Source of the DNA: Rhizodiscina lignyota
Lineage: Eukaryota
Assembly (NCBI GenBank): GCA_010015805.1
Contig: ML978129.1
Span: 992,001 to 1,056,000 of the forward strand
Direction of reading: 5' to 3'
DNA: 64,000 bases
The translations under genes and the position numbers were made by a program. Position 1 is the first letter of the stretch; each line of letters opens with the position of its first letter. The notes beneath the pieces were generated by a model. The model saw only the letters and a program-made list of their open reading frames with translations. It made no database searches and was not told the origin of the DNA. Positions 12,807 through 23,631 of this stretch are shown here, piece after piece.

Positions 12807-13557
12807 TTTACGCGTCGTGAATTGATTTTGAGTGCGACGGATTCTTATTCAGTTGAGGTGCAGATTGGAAAGAGGGTTGGACAGAGCACAGGGAATCAAC
12901 CAAAGATATAGGGTTGATGATGCAATTGATTTGCGTGCCAATTGATACGCGGTTGGACTGGGAAGAGGGCGTGTTCAACCAGGACGAGATCAACAAGACG
13001 GCGGATAGCACGTCAGCGAAACACGCTAAATCGCGTTCCCACGTGAAATGTCTCTGAGAAGTCGAAGTTTCTCGAGTCAGGTCTCCATTTAAAATCCATC
13101 GCCAACCAAGGCTGGCAGCTGGCCAAACGTAATTTCAATTTTTACTATTCTCGAGTGATTCTTGCTGGAGCCTGGTAGATGGAGAGCTCTACAATAATGT
13201 CAAAATATTCAAGCCTCCCAAGCGGACATGAAAAACGCCAATCGCTGATATTACGGTTCCGATGGAGGTGAATCCCACTCCAGGTTGACTGATAGTTTCG
13301 GGACAGTGTAAACAGGCGCAGACTTTGGTCGAACTCTATGACAATGAAGATTCAACCGAATTAGGAATTTTCTTGGGTGGAAACATGCTTGACAGGCTAT
13401 TGGTGAGTCCACGTGGCATTATAGCTACTCTGCAGCTTACAACCCCTGAGTCGCGGAGTCGTGTTTCACGTTGCCTTGAAGGCCTTGTACAGCAGAGCGC
13501 GTAAAGGCTTTACAGCTATCCGTGCCATTCTTGTTGATACAAGAATCCGTCATTCAG

Positions 13558-15712
13558 ATGACATCTCTCAAGCTCAAACTGTCCAAGTGGACGAAGAATC
13601 TCGCGAAAGTAGATCTCCGAAATGGCCGCCACCCGAAACCACAAAACGATCCGCGCCTCTGTGCTTGTTGCCGTGCTATCACCCTCACACAGTTACTGGA
13701 TGGATATGACCACTTGAAAGATTTCTGGTCGCTGAAAGAAAACGCAAAAACTTGCCCAGGATGCGCCATATTACTTCAAAGTCTCCAAACGGAGGATGAG
13801 TTCCCGGCGATCGATGAAAAGGAGGTCAACAGAAGCAATTCACAAATTTCGCTTGAAGGCTCCAGATTGCTCGATGGCGATCGGTATGACGATACACTCT
13901 ACTTAAAGTGTGGCAACAGAATAAAAGTACTCGATTTCTGGGTAGATGAAGGTATTATCAACCTCGTTTTGTGAATATGGTTCGTCAAGCTGACATTCGA
14001 AGCCGGTGCCAAAAACGTGGGCAAGAAGGAATTCAGTGACCGAGCAGACTCCGATGAGAATTTCAAATGGCTGGCCGAGACACTGGAGATGTGTATCACT
14101 ACCCATGAAGGCTGTAACCTTGGCGATACAATTCTCAGGCCTTTCAAAGAAGCCCCTCAAAAGCTTCCAACCCGAGTCATCGACGTTGGACCATCGGAGG
14201 GGTCTGTTGATGTAAAGGTCGTTGAGACAGGCCGTCAGCCGGGAACTTATGTCGCTTTGAGCCATTGCTGGGGGACGCAGCAGATCATAACGACAAGGAC
14301 AGAGAATATCGAAGATCACAAAAAGGCTATCGATTTTCAGCAGCTATCCAAAACATTTCAAGATGCCGTCACCGTAACCCGCAAACTTGGTCAGCGCTTC
14401 TTGTGGATAGACTCACTCTGCATCATTCAAAATAGTGCAGAGGACTGGGCGAAAGAGTCCTCGTACATGGGAGATATATATCTTACAGCTACGTTTACGA
14501 TTTCCGCTGCTGGAGCGGTAGCCGGGGCTATTGGCTGCTTTATGCCTCGTACACCGCCTCTAATGGATCCGATAACCATACAGTACCTTTCGTCAAATCT
14601 GCAACTCGAATCAATTCATATTGGCCTGCCCCGTGGCTCCCTGCATTCCGGGCTCGATGACGGACCTCTCCAATCACGTGCATGGTGCCTGCAAGAGCGC
14701 GTGCTCTCACGGAGGAACATACATTTTTGTCAAAACCATATTGTGTGGGAATGCCAGATGACATCGATAGCAGAAAACGGCGAGCACCTGGACGGCGCGT
14801 CCGGCATGGAGGCCTACCAATTAAAACTGCAAGACAAGATCGGCACATCATCGCACTTGAAGGACCCTCTGCAATCACGTTTTAGAAAAATTGTGCAGGA
14901 TTACACCCACCGGGGGCTAACGAAACCCTTTGACAAGTTCCCCGCAATATCCGGATTGGCCCAGAAGATACATCAGGAGACTGGGGACAAATACGTCGCT
15001 GGACTGTGGTATAATCACTTACACAACGACCTTTTCTTTTGGGCGAAGGACGAATTGAAGCTTGCGGATCCATTTCGTGCGCCATCATGGTCCTGGGCAG
15101 CTTATGAGGGGGAAGTCACGTACGAGCCTGTGAGTTGTGTGTTTGTAACAAGCCGCCATAACTGTCGCGTGCAATACCCAACATGGGCCAATATTGCGGC
15201 GCATTGCGGCGCATTTGATTATTAGGACCTTTTGCTGACCTGTACGATTTGATTAGGTGATGGACATGAAAACTATATATTACACTAGCACTCTGCGAGA
15301 TGTGGAGGCAGACTGCACGCCTTCCACAGTCGATAAGTTTGGCCAGCTAAGCACAGCACGGATCACTCTTTCTGGGCGTCTGAAATCTGCCATATTCAGT
15401 GCAGAATATGGCTCACCTGATGTTATGGTGACGAAGAATACGAAGCAAATCTACCCAGACAAAAGCCACACACTCGATGAGTATGGTCTCACCCTCGGTT
15501 ATGGAGCCTTCGACGTTCCATGCAACGAGGAGAAAGAAGTCCTCTGCCTTAGCGTCGGATTCAAAAATGCTCCTTCTAGACCCTGGCACATGGTTCTCTT
15601 GGTTGAACCTACGGGGAACGCAGAGGGGCAGTATCGCCGGGCTGGCGCTGCTTTCATTCGACCGAAAGATTGGTTCGACGACTGTGAATATGAGAAGATC
15701 GAGCTTGTTTGA
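13558..15712 (+). CDS. HET-domain (heterokaryon incompatibility) protein
   Basis: Introns 13952-14002 and 15130-15256 splice in frame. Motifs PTRVIDV, YVALSHCWG, KTFQDAV, LWIDSLCIIQ, MGDIY, SRAWCLQERVLS, APSWSWA; C-terminal YRRAG. Confidence 0.92.
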
Positions 15713-15810
15713 AATGGTTTCTGCCGGTGGGTATCTAGCATTGATATTTGTTTTACACGGTTCGAATCCAAATGCTCTTCGGCGATGTTGAATGCGCCTG
15801 CAGAACGAGT

Positions 15811-16944
15811 CTATTTGGAAGTGTCCGGACCCCACAACTCTTTTGCGATGGCTACTTCAAGCTCAACCTTCTTCCATTGTTCGTCTTCGCTAAGCGCATT
15901 TCCTTCCATGGTCGAGCTGAATCCGCATTGGTGTGATATGCATAGCTGACCAAGTCCTTCTGAACAGTATTCGGCCGCCTCCTTTAGCCTCTTAATCATA
16001 GCGTCCTTGTCATCTAGTGTGTTCTTCTTACTAGACATTACACCCAGAACTACAACTTTATTTTTGGGGAGGAACCTCAGAGGACTAAAGTCTCCGCTCC
16101 TGGCATCGTCGTATTCGAGGAAGTACGCATCGACGTTGAGCTCCTTGAAGAGCACTTCTGCAACAGGCTCGTAGCCACCTTCGGCAAACCATCGAGATTG
16201 GTAGTTGCCTCTGCACAGATGGATGCCTATCGTCATGTCCTTCGGTCGCTTCGATATGGCAGCGTTGATCAGCGAGGCGTATTGCTTTGTCAGCTGTGCA
16301 ACATCGCCATGGCGTTCTTCCGCTTCCTTGCGCATGGATGGGTCGCATAGGTACGCGAGATTGGTATCGTCGAGCTGGACCATACGGCAGCCGGCCTTGT
16401 ACAGATCGTCCAATTCTTCTTGGTAAACGCGGGCAATATCTTCGAAAAACACGTCAAGATCCGGATATGCTGAGAGATCGATACTCGACCTTCCACCTCG
16501 GAAATGGACCATAGTTGGGCTTGGAATGCAAACTTTTGGCGTCGCACTTCCTCCATCCTCCTTGATCTGGGCCACGAGATACTTGAAGTCCTCTACCTGT
16601 ATCGATTTGGGGTGGCCCAACTTTCCCGTTACCACCAGTCGCGGCGGCGTCCAGCCCTTGTATCCTGCAGTGGAATTGATCATCCCCTGGACTTCCACGC
16701 CATCTAGATGTTTGAGAAAGTCCAGATGGAAATACGCGCGACGAAACTCGCCATCCGTTATAGAACGGAGGCCGGCGTTGATCTGCTTTCCGACTGCATC
16801 TTTGATGTACTTGTCTTCGACATCGCGGAGGTCTTGCGCGGTGATGGTGCCTTCTGCTTCTTTTTCTCTTGCGTTCAGGACGTCCTTCGGTCGTAGTAGG
16901 CTGCCAACGTGATCGGCGCGATATACCCCGTACGGCAAGGTCAT
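15811..16944 (-). CDS. Cobalamin-independent methionine synthase-like protein, single catalytic barrel (Meth_synt_2, YxjG/YxjH-like)
   Basis: Intronless; RADHVGSLLRP, TDGEFRR, zinc-ligand motifs HLCRGN, FLEYD and HQCGFSS. ATG at 16944; the ORF-track start at 16998 is a TTG. Confidence 0.9.
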   Translation of the reverse strand: MTLPYGVYRADHVGSLLRPKDVLNAREKEAEGTITAQDLRDVEDKYIKDAVGKQINAGLRSITDGEFRRAYFHLDFLKHLDGVEVQGMINSTAGYKGWTPPRLVVTGKLGHPKSIQVEDFKYLVAQIKEDGGSATPKVCIPSPTMVHFRGGRSSIDLSAYPDLDVFFEDIARVYQEELDDLYKAGCRMVQLDDTNLAYLCDPSMRKEAEERHGDVAQLTKQYASLINAAISKRPKDMTIGIHLCRGNYQSRWFAEGGYEPVAEVLFKELNVDAYFLEYDDARSGDFSPLRFLPKNKVVVLGVMSSKKNTLDDKDAMIKRLKEAAEYCSEGLGQLCISHQCGFSSTMEGNALSEDEQWKKVELEVAIAKELWGPDTSK

Positions 16945-17141
16945 CTTGGAGCGAGATGTGAGCTTTCTAGTAGGGGGACCTTTGCAATTGCGAAACAATA
17001 GAATAATGAGACGCTAAGTAGATATATGGGGTAGACTGGAGCTCGGAAATCTGGTTCCTTTTTCAAATTTTGCCCGTATAGATTTGGCAGCTCAACGCGT
17101 TACTTTTAAAGAGCCTCGCCCGGCAGACGAGGTGCATGCAA

Positions 17142-17192
17142 ATGCCGTCATAAAAGGCCCTACTAAGCCTGTAGATTTTGCCCGGCACGTGA
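17142..17192. promoter_or_regulatory. Candidate sulfur-regulation motifs
   Basis: ATGCCGTCAT at 17142-17151 is one mismatch from the CYS3/MetR consensus ATGRYRYCAT. CACGTGA at 17186-17192 is a Cbf1-type site. Both lie about 200-250 bp upstream of the methionine-synthase-like gene. Confidence 0.4.
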
Positions 17193-18661
17193 TTCGCGAT
17201 CCTGGGTGACTGCAGGTGCCGAAAGAGCAGAACGGGGTCGAATGATAATTGCTCGACGCAAAGGACGAGATGAGCTATAAGTGGAGATCTGCGGGGCATT
17301 ACATGCAGATGTACAAGTTCCCATTGTGGAGATGGCTACAGGTACCAACACCTCCATGTTGAGCAGGGCGTATGATTGACTGAAGTGAGCGTGAGCAGCC
17401 TCCGCAGTCGGTGATCGGCCGCGATTGCAGACTTCCTGTGGCAGTCCGGGTCGCTAAATGCGGCTGTCAACGACCAGGTGTGTCATCGCTTACCTTTGGG
17501 AGCTTCCGCATGAAGCTATCGTGACGGCACGAGTAATTGTCGAATGAGGAACATCCGAGGCCTCCGGTGGGAGAGACCCGGCAATTTCTCCCGCCTGTCG
17601 CGGAGGTAGTGGTCAACTGGAAGGGGTATGAAAAGGTTGCGCCGTACCTGCGACATCTCGCCTGCTAGCCATGTACATTCTCTCCAATCAATGCATAATT
17701 ATATTCGCCAAGGTTATGTACTCCCGATGAATAGTTCCCGAAGCACATTGCAGGAAGCTTGTAGAGAAGCTCTCGCGACCCGAAGAGCGGCACTCTACTC
17801 CGTATTTTAGCCGCAATCCTCGACTTCATCTAGGCACGAGAGTAACAAAATACCTAGTTGAGACCGATCAACTGAACGGCTGTTATAAGAACGAGAGCAT
17901 CTCGGGAAGCTCGATTGAATATACTCCAGACTGCATTTATACAAAATACGCAGCTTCAACATCACGCTTCGACATTTTGTAGAGCCGACTCAACTTTTGT
18001 TCATCGTTTGTTAGAGAGCAGCGACATCAAACCCGGAAAATCGTCTGGTGAACCGAACATAGCTCAAGCTTGGACTAGGTTGTTTGCGGGAGCTCCTTGG
18101 GTTCGCGGGAACATTGCATTGAGACGCGATGCAGTGTTCACTAGAGCCTTCTTCGAGCTGGACGGTCGTAATGGTCTAGGAGATGCTCGGCCGTACTTTT
18201 CCGCACCTCTGCAGGCTGCGCCGCATGTGTGGAGGCTTGATTATATTGTAGTGGGAGCTTCTTGAGCTCGATTGTACTTAGCATTGAAGGGCGGCAAGAT
18301 CCTGGGCTCGTCAATCGGGGCGGCGGCATGCACATGAGAAAAGTGTGGCTACTTCATTTGCTGAAGCCTTCTAATGAAACTAACCCTGGAGATGAAACGC
18401 AATGAGATGTTTTTTTAATCGTGAAGAAGTAAGAGTCTGACCTCGTCTCGCATCGAATTGATTGGCTGCGGGTGAACATCGGTTGGGCGTCGAACTGTGC
18501 ATGATCCAAGATCTATATTTCCTTCACGACTCAAGTGTGTGCTAATGACCTTGAAGGTTTTTCTCCTTAAGGAACATAGTCTAAGAACTAACTGTAGTCT
18601 ATGTGACCGTAAAACTTCAAGCAATAATTAGTCTTCACCCAATTGCCTCTCCTACGAAATA

Positions 18662-20734
18662 ATGGGAAAAAAGGACAAGAAGAAATCCGCGGAGAAGAAA
18701 GTGCGTGTCGCTCAGAAACAAGAAAAAAAGGCGGCACAAAAAGAGAAGAAACAGAAGACAAAGGGGACACGGGACGAAGACAGCGATGCAGAAGACGTTG
18801 ATCTCGATGCTGTACTTGCGGAATACGCAAAGCAACAAGAACAATTTCTGAAGGTCACGGAAACAGTATGCCAACCACCTTCTCCGCGAGGATCGGCAAC
18901 ACTCACAGGTTCTCCAACTCGTTCAAATGAACTGTTTCTCTTTGGAGGCGAATACTTCAATGGCGCTTTGGCGTCGTTCTACAACGAATTATTCATCTAC
19001 AATATCAACCGGGACGAGTGGCGCCTTGTCACAAGCCCAAACTCCCCGTTGCCGAGGAGTGGCCATGCCTGGACTCGAGCCGGGAATACACAAGATATTT
19101 ATCTCTTTGGTGGAGAGTTCTCTTCGCCGAAACAAGGCACATTCTATCACTACAACGATTTCTGGAGACTGGATCCGGCATCAAGGGAATGGACCCGGAT
19201 AGAGACGAAGAGCAAAGGCCCACCTGCCCGGAGTGGACATCGCATGACGTTTTTTAAGAATTACATCATTCTATTCGGCGGCTTTCAAGACACAAGTCAG
19301 CAGACGAAGTACCTATCTGACCTGTGGCTTTACGATTGCCAAACATTCACCTGGCACAACCCTCCACTTCCCCCAGCTTCGCCAAAACCTGATGCAAGAT
19401 CAAGTTTCTCATTCCTTCCACACGACTCTGGGGCTGTCCTTTACGGTGGCTATTCACGCATCAAAGCTTCCTCAGGAACAGGAGGTAACGCGCAGAAGTC
19501 GAAAGGCGGTGCATCGCGTGTAATTTTGAAGCCCGTAGTGCACCAGGACACCTTCTTTCTCCGCATCACACCTCCACCTTCGGATACATCAGCAAACACT
19601 CCCCCAAAGATTGTCTGGGAACGCCGGAAGCGCCCTGCAAATCCTCCGAATCCAACCCGTGCAGGTGTCACAATGGCGTACCACAAAGGGCGCGGGATCA
19701 TGTTCGGAGGTGTGCATGACGTGGAAGAAAGCGAAGAAGGTATAGACAGTGAATTCTTTAATCAGCTTTTCGTCTGGAATATCGACCGTAATCGCTTCTT
19801 TCCTCTTACGTTAAGAAAGCCCAGGGCGGGAGCGGCAAAGAAAGCTACTAGTGGTGCAGCGGACAGGGCACGACGAGAGCGAGGGAAGGCTGATGAAGAA
19901 GAACTTCTGAAAAATCTTGCGGCGCTTGAGATGAAAGGGAAAATAGGTTCAGACGCCGCCATTGATGGACCGCTAGATGAGAACCCTGCGAAAGTGGATG
20001 AAGAGGACGACATACAGAGACCAGAGAAGACAGTCATGTTTGAAATGCCACATCCCCGCTTCAACGCACTTCTTACAGTTCAAGATGATATTATATACTT
20101 ATTTGGTGGTACATTTGAGAAGGCCGATCGTGAGTACACGTTCGATGAGATGTTCGCGCTGGATCTCGGAAAATTGGACGGAGTAAAGGAAATCTTCAAG
20201 CGCGAACTTGAGGATTGGCAAGGGAGTGAAGATGAGGATGAGGATGAGGAAGATGGTGAAGACGACGAAGATGAGGAGTCAGAGGAGGAAGACGACAACG
20301 CTTCAGGAACCCCAAGCACTCCGGCCACGTCAATACCATCGGCACCAATGTCGCCGATCAAGGGCCTCAACGCGGATGATAAAGTAGACGAAGAGGACAC
20401 AGGTCCTGCCGAAGAAACTTCATCTTCACTAGAGGATGCCTTGCCTCATCCCAGGCCCTTCGAATCACTCCGTGATTTCTATGCTCGAACTTCGTTGCAG
20501 TGGCAGGAGATTGTTGTGGCAGACTTGGCAGGAAGCTCGGCAACGGAATCGAAGACTGTCAAGGAAGTCAAGAAAAGCGCTTTTGACCGAGCGGAAGAAA
20601 AGTGGTGGGACTGTAGGGAAGAAATTAGGAATCTTGAAGACGAACAGCTGGAGGCAGGAATTGGAGAAGTTGTCAGTTTGGCTGATAAGGCTGGGGATAG
20701 TGGCGGAGGCGGAGGGCCTGGACGAAGGAGATAG
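18662..20734 (+). CDS. KEL3: Kelch repeat protein (Kel3/KLHDC4) with acidic tract and DUF4110-like C-terminus
   Basis: MGKKDKKK start, repeated LFGG kelch blades, GGEFSSPKQGTFYHYNDFW, PHPRPFESLRDFYART. Confidence 0.9.
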   Translation: MGKKDKKKSAEKKVRVAQKQEKKAAQKEKKQKTKGTRDEDSDAEDVDLDAVLAEYAKQQEQFLKVTETVCQPPSPRGSATLTGSPTRSNELFLFGGEYFNGALASFYNELFIYNINRDEWRLVTSPNSPLPRSGHAWTRAGNTQDIYLFGGEFSSPKQGTFYHYNDFWRLDPASREWTRIETKSKGPPARSGHRMTFFKNYIILFGGFQDTSQQTKYLSDLWLYDCQTFTWHNPPLPPASPKPDARSSFSFLPHDSGAVLYGGYSRIKASSGTGGNAQKSKGGASRVILKPVVHQDTFFLRITPPPSDTSANTPPKIVWERRKRPANPPNPTRAGVTMAYHKGRGIMFGGVHDVEESEEGIDSEFFNQLFVWNIDRNRFFPLTLRKPRAGAAKKATSGAADRARRERGKADEEELLKNLAALEMKGKIGSDAAIDGPLDENPAKVDEEDDIQRPEKTVMFEMPHPRFNALLTVQDDIIYLFGGTFEKADREYTFDEMFALDLGKLDGVKEIFKRELEDWQGSEDEDEDEEDGEDDEDEESEEEDDNASGTPSTPATSIPSAPMSPIKGLNADDKVDEEDTGPAEETSSSLEDALPHPRPFESLRDFYARTSLQWQEIVVADLAGSSATESKTVKEVKKSAFDRAEEKWWDCREEIRNLEDEQLEAGIGEVVSLADKAGDSGGGGGPGRRR

Positions 20735-20905
20735 AATGCGCTGAGTGCATTTTTGTTAAACCCCGAAGATTGGTTGCCACAGGGCCATGATCACGGAGAG
20801 CACAGGATCTTAGCTGCGAATCGTAATCGTAAAAATGCAAAGACCGCTGAATAGAGCCAAGAAGCGGCCAGAGTTCTCCAATGCCAGGATCAGTGCTTCT
20901 TATTT

Positions 20906-23341
20906 CTACAGCAACCCGTCTATGTGCGCGAGCGACACTGCACTTACACCTCTTGCATAAGCCTTTGTCGTGAACACAAATTCACTGAATACGATCGCCT
21001 CCACCTTTCTTCCGAAAAGCACACTCGACGGATGGATTGCTACTGTCTGCTTGCCAAACAGAGTCCGATAGCTGCCATCAGGATGCAATGCCGCCGTATT
21101 GAACAGGAACCCCCGCGTGAGGCATTGTATGATCATGTCCGTCTTTCGTTCGTCAAGCGCTGTGAAGGAAGCGCTGTCCGCCCGGAGTGAGGCATCTTTC
21201 GACAAGAATCCGAGCTGCTTGCATTGAGCATGGAGTTGCTTACGGACGTTCATAACGTTCTGCATCGCTCGGTGGCTGATCCACCGCTGCTCCGCCCACT
21301 CTCTTCGATCGGTTCTTTCAGATGTATAGGCTCTCACTGCGGATAAGAGCGTGATGTGATCGCCTTCGCGCCGGAAGAGGTCTTTCCTCGCTGCTTCTGC
21401 AGCTTCTCGCTTCTCTTCAGTCGCCGGGTTGAGGAAGATGTTTTCGACGCTCAAACAGGCAAGAACATCAATCACGTCCTCTAAACAATCCATCTCTGGT
21501 TTTGCAGCTTCGACGATAACACGCGCGAGTGTTGGCGTGAGCGGTAGCTTAGCCATCTTCTGCCCAATCTCGTTGATACTCCCGTCTTCGCCATTCAGGG
21601 CCCCGAGCTGTAACAACAGAAGTAGAGCTTTCTCCATGGCTTTCTGTGGAGGCGGGTCCAAAAGCGGAAAGTTCAAAACATCGTTGACGCCTCTTGCTTT
21701 CATGATAAGGATTGCCTGACTGAGATCACAGCGGAGGATCTCCGGCCGAGTATTGCGATCCAGCTTCACATACTCAGATTCCGGATACAGCCTGTAGCAC
21801 TTGCCAGGGGCCTCTCTTCCAGCTCGGCCTTTCCGTTGGATTGCAGCTGACTGGCTAATGGGCTTTGCAAGCAACGCCTCGAGGCCAAGTTTGCTGTGGA
21901 AATATTTCATCTTCACTGTCCCACAGTCTACGACGTGGCGAATACCAGGAACGGTGACGGATGTCTCTGCGATATTCGTTGACAGAATGATCTTTCGCGT
22001 TCGTGGGGGCGCTGGTTGAAAGATCCGTTGCTGGGCGGCCTGGGGCAATGCAGCGAACAGTGGAAGAGTTAACATCTTTGGAACTTCGGCCTCCATGTTC
22101 GCTGCTAGCTCGTTGATCTGTCTCTCAAGGTTCTCGATGATCTCTTGGCCTGGAAGGAAAATAAGAATGTCGCCAGGGAGAGGCTCCTTGTAATGCGTTT
22201 GGAAGATTGTCTTCAGAGACATTTCGATGATATTATTAGTCGGCTCTGGGAGATAATTGATCGAGACTGGATATTGTCGTCCTTCCACATAGACAGTGCT
22301 AATGAATTTCGATTGAACGGGTGACTCGCTAGAGCCTCTGTTGACATGGCCTTCTTTGCTGTTCGTGACTTTAAGATCGGCAAAAGAAGCAGTAACGGTG
22401 GCACGCTTGCCGTTAACTGAGGGTACGCCATTGGTATGAGATATTGTCTGCACACTGTTTTCCTCCCGGTCGCTGTCTGTCGAAGAAATACCGGACCAAG
22501 AGGACTCGGAGAAGTTATCATCTTCGCCGGGACCGAGGTGCGGAATTTTGTAGCCCTCGTCGAAAAACTTCACAAGTTTTTCCGTATCAACGGTCGCACT
22601 CATGATTACCACCTTAAGTGGCTTCCCTTCTCGAGCGTGCCGGCCAGTCGTGAGCAGGTTTCGAAGAAATCCGAGTATCAAGTCTACATTCACACTACGC
22701 TCGTGAATCTCATCGACGATAACAGCGCTGTATTCCTTCAATGCTGGATCTCTGAGCAGCTCCTGCAGGAGCATTCCCTCTGTGAGGTACTTGATGCGAG
22801 TGTTTGCGGATGTGGAATTATCGAATCGAACTGAATATCCCACCCTACTCGCTGGACTTGAGGAACCTAATGGAGTCCCCATCTCTTCTGCTACACGCCG
22901 TGCTAGTGATATCGCAGCCACTCTCCGCGGCTGTGTGACTGCTATGCGACCATTGCACCATTGCTCTGTAAGTAAGAACTGGGGAACTTGAGTACTTTTG
23001 CCACTTCCAGTCTCACCAGACAACACGAGGACATCCGTTCTGCGAAGAGACTGCCGAATTTCTTGTTGGTGCGACCATATTGGTAGCTGCTTGCGGATCG
23101 GCAGAAGTGTTTGTCGCCTCACGTTCAACTTTGCATTCGGACCACTCAAATTTGGCAAACTGGAGTTTAGATTTGACTGCCTGTTCTTCTTTGGTTGTCC
23201 ATTTTGATGAACGCTCGACACTCGAGGCGGAGGCTGTTCATGCTCGCGCTTTCTCTTCTTGTTTTGTTGCTGCGGAGAAAATTTCAATGTCGAATCTGAG
23301 CGCGCCTCGATGTCAAATTGAATGGGAGCATGGTTGGGCAT
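20906..23341 (-). CDS. DHR2: DEAH-box RNA helicase (Dhr2/Prh1/DHX33), ribosome biogenesis
   Basis: GETGSGKSTQ, TQPRRVAA, DEIHER, MSAT, STNIAETSVT, QRKGRAGR, IHPSSVLF; intronless. Confidence 0.88.
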   Translation of the reverse strand: MPNHAPIQFDIEARSDSTLKFSPQQQNKKRKREHEQPPPRVSSVHQNGQPKKNRQSNLNSSLPNLSGPNAKLNVRRQTLLPIRKQLPIWSHQQEIRQSLRRTDVLVLSGETGSGKSTQVPQFLLTEQWCNGRIAVTQPRRVAAISLARRVAEEMGTPLGSSSPASRVGYSVRFDNSTSANTRIKYLTEGMLLQELLRDPALKEYSAVIVDEIHERSVNVDLILGFLRNLLTTGRHAREGKPLKVVIMSATVDTEKLVKFFDEGYKIPHLGPGEDDNFSESSWSGISSTDSDREENSVQTISHTNGVPSVNGKRATVTASFADLKVTNSKEGHVNRGSSESPVQSKFISTVYVEGRQYPVSINYLPEPTNNIIEMSLKTIFQTHYKEPLPGDILIFLPGQEIIENLERQINELAANMEAEVPKMLTLPLFAALPQAAQQRIFQPAPPRTRKIILSTNIAETSVTVPGIRHVVDCGTVKMKYFHSKLGLEALLAKPISQSAAIQRKGRAGREAPGKCYRLYPESEYVKLDRNTRPEILRCDLSQAILIMKARGVNDVLNFPLLDPPPQKAMEKALLLLLQLGALNGEDGSINEIGQKMAKLPLTPTLARVIVEAAKPEMDCLEDVIDVLACLSVENIFLNPATEEKREAAEAARKDLFRREGDHITLLSAVRAYTSERTDRREWAEQRWISHRAMQNVMNVRKQLHAQCKQLGFLSKDASLRADSASFTALDERKTDMIIQCLTRGFLFNTAALHPDGSYRTLFGKQTVAIHPSSVLFGRKVEAIVFSEFVFTTKAYARGVSAVSLAHIDGLL

Positions 23342-23405
23342 TTTGGGACAAGAACTAGGGGTGTTTCTGATGCATGTTCGCCAGTGTGAATGCAGTGAAG
23401 AGATA

Positions 23406-23458
23406 TGAAAAATTTAAACACGGACGCCGGTGCAGGTGGTGGCCATCTGGTCACGTGA
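23406..23458. promoter_or_regulatory. RRPE-like element and TCACGTGA palindrome upstream of DHR2
   Basis: TGAAAAATTT at 23406-23415 and TCACGTGA at 23451-23458, within 120 bp of the ATG of a ribosome-biogenesis gene. Confidence 0.45.
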
Positions 23459-23631
23459 TTTCATCACCCGATATTTAGTACTTGATTTGTGGACTGGAAG
23501 CTGGTCTACGATTTGGCATTTCTAGTCATATTCATTGTTCATTCTGAAGAATTATCGAAGAAGTACTCTAAAGTTTCTTGGCTCCGATATAGTCATTCTG
23601 ACGAAGTAGTCTTCGGACCCAAAATTGAGTG

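Noticed and set aside
13179..13410. Possible extra upstream exons for the HET gene
   Set aside because: Splice-like signals are present, but the frames I tried hit stops, so no consistent model.
16945..16998. Basic N-terminal extension from a TTG on the methionine-synthase-like gene
   Set aside because: Non-AUG start with no supporting evidence; family similarity begins just after ATG 16944.
17628..18335. Short ORFs between the methionine-synthase-like gene and KEL3
   Set aside because: No recognisable motif or convincing splice model; could be decayed sequence but is not supportable.
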